Assembly: GCF_000143415.4 (NCBI RefSeq)
Contig: NW_003314323.1
Coordinates: 810,499 to 874,498, forward strand
Reading direction: 5' to 3'
Length of the DNA stretch: 64,000 nt
Source: Selaginella moellendorffii
Lineage: Eukaryota; Plantae; Lycopodiophyta
Notes under the pieces: model-generated
What the model was told of the DNA's origin: nothing
The model's database searches: none
Seen by the model: only the letters and a program-made list of their open reading frames with translations
Shown here: one piece after another, positions 36,454 to 47,440 of the stretch
Position numbering within the stretch: the stretch's first letter is position 1
How the letters are laid out: every line of letters starts with the position of its first letter
Translations under genes and position numbers: made by a program

Positions 36454-39257
36454 TCCAGTTGCGGAAGGTGGGGGCTCTTTACGACACCCCTGGATTGGAC
36501 ATGGCGTGGCAGCCTTTGCATGAGACAAGTCGGGAGAATGCTATTACAGAGATGGAACTGAGATCTCGGGGGATCGCCAGCGAGTTGAAGGGCGGACAGA
36601 AACAAAACAAAGGAGAGAACAGGAAAGAAAATAAAGAGAAGAGGAGAAACAAGCCAGTGGGCCTGCTGCAAGCTGGTGTATGATAAGGACGCGAGAAAGG
36701 TATCAAGTGGGGGTTGCGTGATTACTCACTCGTTGCGCGAGCTGGAAGATCTCTAGTACGGAAGTTGGGGGTCTTGTCTCGACACTGGATCGAGAGGATT
36801 GGATTGAATGGGATTGAGGCCGAGTTAACGACACTGGTGGAGAGGAAAGCAAGCAAGCAAGCAAGCAAGCAAACAGGGAAAGCAAGCAAAGCAGGGAATT
36901 GACAGTCTCCAACAGGGACACCACAGGCACAGGCACGATTAGCAGAGTTTTTTTTTTTTTCTTACTTTTGTACTGGGGCCTGGACCCGCATGGACGCGAT
37001 GATTGGGAGGGAGAGCACTGTGAAAGGCTGAAGAACTGTGAAAGATGGTCGAGGGTCCATCCTGCACATGGAAATGCACATGGCTGGCCGGGAGAGGAAA
37101 AAAAAAAAGATCACGAAACAGAAAACGTACGAGATTGGCACGCTGGATTACGGAAAGAATTGTGATCGCCACCGTCATGAGCTGCTTAAGTACGAATGGA
37201 TTTTTGCGGGGATCTAGCGGGGAGGTGCGAGTTGTGAGTACTGCAGAAGTTCTCTCTTTTTTTTATAAGAGATCCTTTTGTGTACATGTAATTTTGTTTT
37301 GCTAGTTTTGGACTTAGTTTTTGGTAATGTTTTCGGGTCCCAAGCATTGAATTTCTCCTCTATTGAGTGTTGAGGTTGTGTGTGTTGAGTTGTCATTTGT
37401 AGTAAAATCTCAACAAGCTAAGTGGGAGCCCAGTGGGAGTGGGGCCTCTTGTGTGTCATTTGCGGGCCCCCCTTTGGTCTTCTTTACACTGGCTTGGTTG
37501 ATTGGTCCCAACCAAAGCTTTGGAGTGATATTGCATGTTCACCAGTGCATGTTTTAACTTTAGATTGGCAGAAAATTCTAGTTAACGATACTGTTTGGGC
37601 CCCTGCGAAGGTCATGTCTTGATTGATTTGCATTAGTTTTGATTAATGACAAAGGTTTAGGGTTTAAAAGGTGGCCTAGGGCTACATTTGATAGCCAAAA
37701 CTGGCATATGACTCTTTTTTGTTTTCTTTTCAACGTTAGTGGCCTGCCTGCCTGACACAAGCCAGGTCTTGGGATTAATGACAGCACTGCCACCTCAGTG
37801 CATTTATTTCACATGTCAGAAACAAATACAACAGAAGGAAAAATGTAGGGAGTGGAAGTGGCCCCTCCCTTCTTTTGGCTGGCAGGGCAGGGCAGCTTGT
37901 GTTGTAGTTGCATGAACACCACTCTTCACATGATGGAACAATTAGCTACAAATCATACGAGTGTGATGCAAACCACCATCAAGCAAGCAAGCATGAGCAA
38001 TCTGGGTTGTTCTCTCCTCCTTTCACCAAAACAATTAGAGGTTCTCATAAGAATCAGTGATGATTTGGATTGACTGAAGTTTTGCTGTTGCGTGTCTCCA
38101 AAAACCTTTCATGTCTCTGTCTGCACAAGCAGGAGGGCTTATCTAGAAAATAGTTTGTGTTTTCTTTTTTGGTATTTCTACAGCTTTAATGTGGGGAATG
38201 GACTGGTGTCCGCATCCAGGATGATCTCACACACACGGTGGCCTCTGGACAGGAGCAGTGATCGGATCGGGCATCGCCAGTGAATCCCACGATTCCATGC
38301 CGTCCTAACGAAACGCATGTTTTCTTGAAGCTTAAGGAAAAAGGTGGCGGAGTTTTTGGAATTTTGACGAACTTGTTTTATTCCACTGGAGAAAAGAATT
38401 CCGGCGCGACGAGAGAAACAACACTCTGCTGTTTGCAATGCAAATGCCTGCCTGCCTTCCTGCTGCCTGGCTCTTGCTGCTAGATGTATAGAAACAAAAA
38501 TTCCGAAAGAAAAAACCAAAACAAAAAGGAAAAAGGAGTATAAAAAACCGTAGCCTATTTTCCTTGGACGAAGAGAGAAACTCCAGCAGCAGACAACGTA
38601 TGATCGAATCAATCGACGAGGCCCCCCAATCCCCGATTAGGAAAAAGGAAAAAACTTTTTATACACAAAGCTTCTACCGCTGCTGATGTTGATGCTGCTG
38701 CTGCTGCTGCTGCTGATGCTTCTTTCACACACAAAAAACCGGACTGAATTCGAAGAATCCTCCCATATTCACAAACTTGGCTGAAAATCCCAAACTTGCT
38801 GGAGCGAACCGATGATCCTATGTACCTCTCTACAAGCTATAGTATATGAAATATTTATAGTTTCCTCGCGACCAATCCATCCCCTGAAAGATTCCAAGCT
38901 TGTTCCACACCTGTTTGAATTCCCACCACCTTGCCTGGCTTATTGTTATTCCCCCGAGATAACCGAGAAAACGGACCCTGGTTGCCTGCTGCTGACGACA
39001 CTAAAAGTACCACCACTAGACTGTACTGATACAGCTAATGTACACTCTTGGTGATCGAAGAAAAGAACCCCCCTGTACTGTTGGGCGACCGTAACCTGTG
39101 CTGTGCGTGTGTGCAAAGATGAATCGTCGATGCTTGCATCGAGCCGCGAAAGAAAGAAGTCGAGTCGAAAGCCCTGCAAAAGCGCTTGGTTAGTCCAGGG
39201 AGACGATCCAACCGAAGTTGGCTATGCTGCAAACCTTGAAAGATGGCGGAGCTTTCA

Positions 39258-41488
39258 TCATCGCCTCCCGTTTTGCTGTGCCGCTTGCTCGCGCCTCTCA
39301 AACTCTCCCAGGATGCCGCTGCTTGAGGAGAAGAGGTCGGCGGCCTCGAAGCTCATCGCCAGTGGCGTCGGATGCTGCTGGTGCTGCTGTTGCTGTAGCG
39401 AAGTTCCAGAGTGGTGGCCATTGGAAGGATCGAGCAGCGACCCCATCAAAGAATGCTGCTGCTGCTGCTGGTGTTGCTGCTGCTGCTTGCCATTCCCATT
39501 CCCATTGTTTCCATGCTGCTCCTTGTCACCGCCACTCGTGGAGTTGGAGTTATCATCCTCCTCCTCCTCTTCCTCCTCCTCGGGCCCGGAGAAGCAATTC
39601 TCCCCACCATTGTTTGCGCTTGGGCTCGCCACCACCGGCAGAGCCGCCGCCCCCGCCGCCGCCGCGTTGCTCTCCCTTCCCGTCGGGACGATCGCCAGCA
39701 TGTCCGCCGCCTGGACGATCAGCCCCGCGCCACCGCCGCTAGCCGAAGTCGCCGCCGTACTGTGGCCCGAGTTGACCAGCTCGTCCCGCTTGCCACCCCC
39801 GGCCCCGGCGGCGCCGCCTGAACCGCCCGCGGTAAGCAGCCGCGTACCGCCCAGCACCCCCTTGCGGTAGAGCGCGTCCAGCTGGTGGAAATACGGGCAC
39901 GTCTTGGAATTCTCGGGCCGCTTCTTGCTGCTATCCTTGGTTTTGCGGAAGTACTTGTTGATGTTCTCCCATTTCTCCTTGCACCGCTTGGCACTGCGGC
40001 TGTATCCCATGCACGACATCCCGGAGGAGATCTCCTCCCACAGCGGTCCCTTGGGCCCGGTCTCTTGGAACTTCCCCTCAATGCTACTCCGGAGCTTGAT
40101 GAGCGCAAGGACCTCCGGCTTTGGCCACCTCTTGCTGGCCGGATCAAAGCCACCGTGCTGCCCGGACTCTCCACGCACCGCCACAAGTTCGTGCTGCGCG
40201 GTACCGTCGGGGTGGTGGTGGTGGTGGTGGTGGTGATCCTCCACCACCTGCTGGCCTGGTGATATCTCCGCCGTCCGATCAGCCGCGGCGGCGGCCGCGG
40301 CGCCACTGTTGCTCACGATCGACGCCAGAGTCGCCAGCAGCTGCTGGGTCTGCTGCGGCGGTATGCCGCCGCTGCACGCCTTGTGGAGAAACGCCACCAG
40401 AGCCGAGTCGCGCGTCGCAATCCTGGCCTGCTCCTGGGACCGCAGCTCCTGCTCGCGCCGCACCCGCAACGCCTCCTGCCGCTTCCAAGCATCGTCCCGC
40501 GCGGTGCGCTCCGCGTCGCGCTTGTCCATGGCCTCGAGGAACCGCCGCTGCATGGCCTCCTGCCGCTCCGCCATCTGCCGCATCATGGCCTCGAGGACGC
40601 GCCACCGTGCGGTACCGCCGGCGTACCGCTTGCGCTTACGGGAGCTCTCCTCGGTGCCCTCTTCATACTCGTGCTCGTCCTCCTGCTCCTCCTCCACGTC
40701 GTCGGAAGTCTCCGAAGTGTCCCCCAGGTCGTGGAATGCCGCCGCGGCGCCGGCGGCGTTTGGCAGCGTACCGCCGGCGGTATGGATTGGATGGTGGTGG
40801 TGTTGTTGGTGGTGGTGCTGATGGCCGGAGGGGTTGATCATCGCTCTGGTGGTGTTGGCGGTGACGGTGGGATTGGCGGAGTGAATTGGCGAGACGATGT
40901 TGCTGCTTGGGCTTCCGCCGCCGCCGCCAGCAGTGCCGCCAGCGGCGGCGGCGGCGGCGCCGCTAAAGAGAGCTTCCATGTCGGCGAAGAACCTGTAGCT
41001 CTTACCGTCTTGCCGCCCGGCGCGCCCGTCCTTGGATTTCTTATAGTACTTGTACACGTTCTCGAATTTCTCCTTGCATTTCTTGGAGCTCCTCTGGTAT
41101 CCCAGCTCTGCAAGTTTCCTGGAACAAGAACAAAGAATTCACATCTCAATTGCGACAAAACAAGCTAGAATCCAGCGAGCAACCACTCCACTCGAGAATG
41201 CAGCTAGAATTCTCTTCCAATTTCAATGGGATCACGAAGAACCGGGAGAATTCAGCAGGCCTGCCAAGGATCGGCGCCTCGGATTCGCGGATTCACGCAA
41301 ACTTGTGACTGCAGCTACTAGCTACAGGAGCGATGGAAAAAGTTTACGCAGCCAAACAGCAAAATTCCCACCGACGTGACAGGAGGAGGGCTCCAAGAAA
41401 TCAGGAACAAAAATGCCGCCACCCAAGAACAAGAACGAAGACCACCCAAAGATCACGGAGAGGGAGGAAGAGTGCTTCTAGAGAGAAT

Positions 41489-41532
<44 letters not shown>

Positions 41533-42550
41533 TGGAGAATTGCCCAAGAAAGAGATGGAACGATCAAGCGCAAGAGAATTGGAAGAGATCATACCGAGAA
41601 ACCTCCGCCCATAGTGGTCCCTTGAGCGGCGAGTCTCGAAAGCTCCGATCCATATCGTTGCGGATTTTGATGAGCGCGCTCGTCTCCTCCTTGAGCCACC
41701 GCTGCCCGCCACCACCCCCGCCACGATCGCCGTCGTCCACCCCGCCCTCCTCATCGAATTTTTGCTGGTGGTCTTGCTGCGCCAAAGGAGGAGGTCCAGG
41801 AGGAGCAGCGCCGCCAGGCTGAGATACATTGATCTTGGGCGGAGCCGCTGGCGGTGGCGGTGGAGGAGGAGCTACTGAATTTCCATCTCCTCCTGCAACC
41901 CCGCCAGGATCCGGCTCCTGATCGCCGGACGATCGCGCCAGGCCGAGCTGCTGCATCAGCTGCTGGTGCTTGCTCAGCTGGTGGTGGTGGAGGAGGATCG
42001 AATTGGGCGGAGCAGCAGCGGCGGCGGAGTTGCTAGGTGCTGGTGGTGGTGGCGCTGGCGGAGAAGCGAAAGGAGAGTGAGAAGGAGAAGAAGAAGCGAG
42101 GTGGTGGTGGTGGTGGTGATCCGGCGGCCTGGAGAGAGTGAAGTGGTGGTGGTGGTGGGAGGAGGGAATATGAGGGGCGAGGTGGTAGCCAGCGGCGGAG
42201 GAGGAGGTCGCAGTAGCGGCGCCGGCGGTCGCGGTGGTGGCGGCAACGCTAGCGGCGGCGGAGGAAGAAATGGAGGAGAGTCCTCCTCCTCCTCCTCCGC
42301 TAAACATGAGCGAGGACGTGGAGGAGGAGTTGGGCAGCGGCGGAATCGCAGCTCCGCCTCCTCCACCACCCGATCTAGACGAGCCCAGGAGCTGCTGCGT
42401 CGTCGTCGTGGCGATCGTCGTCGCCGCCGCCGTCGCGAATGGTAACTGCGATGGTGGCGACGGCGATGGTCGATCTTGCTGCTGCTGCTGGGCGGAGGCG
42501 GAGGGAGAGGAGGAGGGCATGCCATAGTGGTGGTGGTGGTGGTGGTGCAT
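39258..42550 (-). CDS. GT-2-clade trihelix transcription factor (GTL1/DF1/PTL-like), ~938 aa; exons 42550-41595 and 41118-39258
   Basis: Two trihelix domains (RWLKEETSALIKIR...GPLWAEVSR|KLAELGYQRSSKKCKEKFENVYKYY; RWPKPEVLALI...CKEKWENINKYF), a central coiled coil, and an intron at the position typical of the clade. Confidence 0.93.
41491..41529. repeat. (GA)n microsatellite in the trihelix intron
   Basis: direct observation. Confidence 0.95.
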
Positions 42551-44468
42551 ATGGATCAAGGAGAAGAAAAAAAAGGAAAGAAAAAAAGAAATGGAAGAAC
42601 AGGAAAAAGAAAGAAAAGATCTAGAGCGAGGAGGAGCAGGCGGCGATGATTGACGACGAAGGAGGGATTTCTCCAAGAACAGTTCTTCGTCCTCGTCGTC
42701 CTCTTTTCTTCCTCATAGCTGCTAGCTAGAGCCTCTCTTTCCTTTTTCTAGCCGAGAAGAGAAGCGGCGCCAAGCCGACCACCATTACCACCAGTGCCAT
42801 AGATCCTCCTCCGAGTCCGTGGCGCCGCCATATCTCAATCCTCCCCAATTCTGGCGGAATTCCGCCAAATTCCTCACACCCCCACGATGGATCTGCCTAA
42901 ACAAACACCGCTTCCATGTGCGATCCACCCAGCCGCGAGCTTAGAATACTCGATTGTTTAATCGCGCTAGTGGAAGGGATCACACACTGCCCAAATTTGA
43001 TAATCATCCACCACTTCCACAGCACCAATTCTCCAGCGCCGATGGATCGCTCGCCCTCGCCTGAAAATTCCTGGATTGGTCCGAGGATTGGAACTGTGTC
43101 GTGGTGTTCTTGCGCGCTCGCGATGCCGAGAGACCCAATTTCTACACTGTGGATGGAATGGACCACCTGATCATGATCATGCTCTCTTTCTTTCGCCCTT
43201 TGCTGGAATATGCCGCCGGCATATGCCCCCGTCGGTAGGGCTGTGGTGGCCGGGCGGCGAGATTTTATTCAATGGCTGGGATATCCCCGACAAAGCTAAC
43301 ACTTAGAGAAATCAACGGCTGCGCCTCACGCGCCATATTTTAATCTTGAAGTTCGATTATTAAAGTAATTACTTTCTATTATCAAATAACCAAGGTTTAA
43401 ACCATGATTTGGCCAAGAACCATTGGGAAATAAAATACCGTGATAGAAAGTGTTAGTAGAACAAGTAGTAGTAGTAGCATACATGTGCAATGTGGGCCAT
43501 ATTACAGTGAGTGATGAACCAAAAGACAAACCACGATGGGCTTAATGACATTTTGTACAACACTATGGGGGTCTCCATTTCATAAATGTTTGGTGAGTCA
43601 CAGTGACCCTTTCCCTGTATGAACAAGAAAAAAAAATATCCAAAAAGCCGCACATACAACAACACACACACACACAGAAATTGAAAAAAAAAAATAACCA
43701 CATATTTCTAAATAGCTACAAAACAAGCCATGAAAGGAGGCCAAAAAACAAAAACCATATAAAAAAAGGAGAGATGTAAACAAACCAGAATGACATGAAT
43801 GGATGAATGATTCCTTGCCTGCATTCTTGCCTTTTGTCATCTCCCTCCCCTCAAAAAAAGGAAGGCCTGCGCGCACTGCACGTCTGATTCCAGCTTGAAA
43901 CCACAAACCAAAAAAACTCCCCCCTTCTTCCTTCCAGAGTGTGTACTAGTGTTTTCCACCAAAGTCTCCTCACCAAAGGCGTTAAGTAGTCCCATAGTTT
44001 AATCCAATTCCTCTCGCTCCCAGAGAGCACGCCTAAAGAGCCAAACGACGAGTGAGCAAAGGATAAAAGAACGGCGAGAGAGAAAAGAGAAAAGCTCGCT
44101 CTTACTGTCGCTATATACGCACATATTTTTGTTTCTCCTCATCCTCCTCTGGCACGCTATAAAATCCCGTGACAGCGATCGGTTGGTATCAAACGCCAAT
44201 GAGTGTAATCTGGAGCTGGAATGATCGTAGAGCGGAGTGGGATGTGTTTGTGCATCACTCGCAATCACCACCAGCTGGGAAGGAAAACTTAACCGAAGGC
44301 ATCAGTCCAGTTCACCTGTAAGTGATTGATGGAGGGACGGGCTCGCTTTTGGAATGTGAGCACGCACAACAGGGTGACGATTATGCGATTAGTGGCAATG
44401 ATTTAGAAAGAGTGTTACCTTTTCTGCGGATTTCTTCTCTTTCCGTTTGGGTTTTACACGCGAGAACG

Positions 44469-45143
44469 TTACGTGTTTTGCGAGAACTTGTGCCGGCACT
44501 TGGGACACTCGTAGAACACTGTTTGGCCTTCATCAGCAGAGCGCAGCTGCGGGTGGAAAAAAAAGTGTATAAACAGTGTAGAAAAAAAGCGAAAGACAAA
44601 AAAAAAACTATCAATCTATATACCTGTCTCGTGTAGTACTCGAGCTGCGGATTTTTGCATTTCGGACAATCCTCGTTCACCTACAGTGCGTAGCTCGACA
44701 TTTATAAAAGAGAAAAGAAGATTCTCCGGAAGAAGAAAGACAAGAAAACTTACGACAGCCTTCTTCGGGCCTTCGTCAGTTTGATCCACGGTTTTGAGAT
44801 CAAGTTCTGGTAGAACGAGAGGATCGATTCCAAGCCTCCGGGCCAAATCCTACACAGAAATAAATGCCGCAAATACACATCCTCCATTTAAACAGCAAAA
44901 GACAGCATTGTACCTCGGCGTTGATTGTACACCACACCTCCTCCTGGACCACTGTGTAGAATATATATAAACAAGAACACCAAAGAGAGAGTTTATGAGC
45001 AAAACATGAGCGATCGATCGATGGATCATACCTTCGGCGTTGCGCTGCGCCTTACAGAGTGCACACGATGCGGTTGTAGCAGACTCGTAGACGAGCATTG
45101 TGCCGCAGAGGGCGCAGAAATCGCAGTCGCTTCTTCCCCCCAT
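44469..45143 (-). CDS. RPA12: RNA polymerase I subunit RPA12, 126 aa; exons 45143-45032, 44951-44914, 44849-44754, 44680-44624, 44546-44469
   Basis: N-terminal [13 protein letters not shown] zinc ribbon and C-terminal TFIIS-like CPKC...[22 protein letters not shown]; four GT-AG introns in frame; telo-boxes upstream (~45153-45175). Confidence 0.92.
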
Positions 45144-46509
45144 TTCTCCGTGAAACCCTAGCCCCAAAACCCTAATCCCTTGTCTGCAAAGATTAGTGAG
45201 TTTGCGAGAAATATACTTCTTCCAATGCCACGGCAATGCTTGATAAATGTATGATTCTATTGACACGCTTGTGCAAAGGAATTAACATTAAAATCTACTA
45301 AAATCAGCTCTTCTAAAGGAGTATTTTGGATCAAAGGAGTGATGTAATATCTCTAGTAAGTATTTTGTAGTCTCCTGATTTCTAATCCTGAAGGTAATAT
45401 CTTCTTCACATCAATTACGGTTTAATATGAACCATAATATAATCTCCTAGGAATACTCTCAATCTCTCTTGGCAAAATAGAGCAAAATAACAAAACTGAA
45501 ACATATACAAATCTATTGTATGGTGTCAAAGACTTGGTATGTATTAGCTATAAGCTATGTTATTAGTGTTGAAATCAATTAATCATTTCTACTACTTGCT
45601 CTTGCATATTGAAAGTTCTGATTTGCTTAGAATACGTGATCTCCATTCATGAAGTGAATTAGTCAATTTTAGTTAAAGCTGGATCAAAGTTCAGAAGGAA
45701 AGAGGAAAAAAGCATTTAGATAAAAGATAATAATCAATCAAACTTCAAGTTTTTAGAGGAGAAAATCAAAAATCATTTGCTAATGCAATAATAAAAGGCA
45801 TTTAAATTAAAGGAATATTTCTGTCTTTTATTTATTGTAGGAACCAAGACAAAAATGACTAGAGGAGCATGTTGGTTATGCATCTAAATTTAGAGTAATA
45901 GTAGGGCTCTAAACCATTGTTGTATTTCATAAGATGGGCTGGAATGAATAATTTTATGTGTGTTGCATGAAATAATACTTGATTTGTTTAATAGTAGTGT
46001 TTTCCTGATTGGTATTATTTACTGATTCAACCGATCAATCAGAAACCTATAATTATAAACATGTGTGAGGGCCAAGTGTACGGTTACAATGTTGTATACT
46101 AATATTAGCGTAGTGGGATTTTGGTAGCTATCGGATTGGTTTCAATCCGGACCACTCGCTTCTGTATATAAGCTAGGGTTTTTGGGCTAATTGATATGCA
46201 CATTTTCTGTATTCCCTTTCCATATTCCAAACACTCACATTGGTGGAGATGAGGGGCACCTTTGATTGTCCCTGAGGAGTGCTTGAATTTGGAATTTTGG
46301 TTTAGATCTAGCTTTTACATTGTCTAGATCTAGCTTTTTCCATTTCCTTTCTTTTTTTTCCCTTTCAGGATTTTGGTTTAGATCTAGCTTTTTGCATTGT
46401 CTAGATCTCCCATTTCCTTCTCGTTTTTTGTCCTTTATTTCCTTTTGCTCTTTCTTCGTCCATCTTCATAGTAGATCAACAATCTCCTCCTTTGACTCTA
46501 GAGCAGTAG

Positions 46510-47400
46510 TTGGTCCAATTGCTTGATGCTATGTGCTTGCAATTGAACAATCAAACTCAATTGATGGCAGCATTCACGGCACGTGGTCCAACTCCTCCTG
46601 CTCTTGGTGCCAATCCTCGCGTTCGGCGGGAGATCTTTCGTGGGAATCCTGGGGATGATGTGTACCATTGGTTCGATCACTTCACGGTGATTGCCACATA
46701 TCATTCTTGGGATGATGCTCGATGTTTGCGTGAGTTTCCCACGTGTCTCCAAGGGATGGCGTTGCAGTGGTACAATGGATTGAGTGCGGCCACTCGTGGG
46801 GATTGGAGTCTTCTTCCGGACGTCTTCAAACGCACCTTCGGACATGCTGACGATTGTGATGATGCCTTCCAACAATTGCATCGTCTTCGCCAAGGGCCAT
46901 CTGAGTCAGTGATGCAATTTGGCGTTCGTTTCCGAAGTCTTTTGCTTCGTGCGGAGCCCAATATGTCGGAGCGGATCAAGTTAGGAATGTTGTGGCCAGC
47001 ACTTTGTCAAGATCTTGTCGGCCTTGTGCATGCACTTGCTCTTGCCACCCTTGACGATGCTCTTCGCTTGGCACAACGTTATGAAACATCGCCTCTTCCA
47101 CTTCTCGCTGCACGTCCTTCCGCTCCACTTCCTATGAGTGATGGTCCTGTTCCAATGGAGGTTGATGCTGCTGCTACTCGAGTCCAAGGACAAGGGCGAG
47201 GACATGGTCGTGGCCGTGATGTTCGTTGCTGGGCGTGTGATGAAGTTAGTCATACTTATCGGCGTTGTCGGCGCTTTCCAGATTGGCGACCTCCATTTCC
47301 TGGGTGGAGACCTTGGCGTCAACAACGTCCCGTTGGTGCTATTGCAGTGGAAGGTTTGGACACCGAGGTGCATCCGGGAAACGAAGAGTCGCACGAGTAA
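46510..47400 (+). CDS. gag: retrotransposon Gag
   Basis: Open ORF with retrotransposon gag-like core, PVPMEVD motif and zinc knuckle CWACDEVSHTYRRC; exact start uncertain. Confidence 0.85.
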   Translation: MVQLLDAMCLQLNNQTQLMAAFTARGPTPPALGANPRVRREIFRGNPGDDVYHWFDHFTVIATYHSWDDARCLREFPTCLQGMALQWYNGLSAATRGDWSLLPDVFKRTFGHADDCDDAFQQLHRLRQGPSESVMQFGVRFRSLLLRAEPNMSERIKLGMLWPALCQDLVGLVHALALATLDDALRLAQRYETSPLPLLAARPSAPLPMSDGPVPMEVDAAATRVQGQGRGHGRGRDVRCWACDEVSHTYRRCRRFPDWRPPFPGWRPWRQQRPVGAIAVEGLDTEVHPGNEESHE

Positions 47401-47440
47401 TGGAGGGACCTTGCGCGAATAAGTTAGTGACCCCTCCATT
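47376..47440 (+). promoter_or_regulatory. -1 programmed ribosomal frameshift signal (slippery heptamer plus pseudoknot)
   Basis: G GGA AAC in gag phase at 47376-47382; 6-nt spacer; stem 47389-47397/47410-47418; loop AATGGAGGG pairs with CCCTCCATT (47432-47440). Confidence 0.75.

Noticed and set aside
36450-37200. Small ORFs and partial miR408*/miR159/miR529-like words
   Set aside because: No matching opposite arm or recognisable protein motif; probably UTR or intergenic
39103-42527. Many plus-strand and alternative-frame ORFs
   Set aside because: Shadows of the GC-rich, low-complexity trihelix CDS
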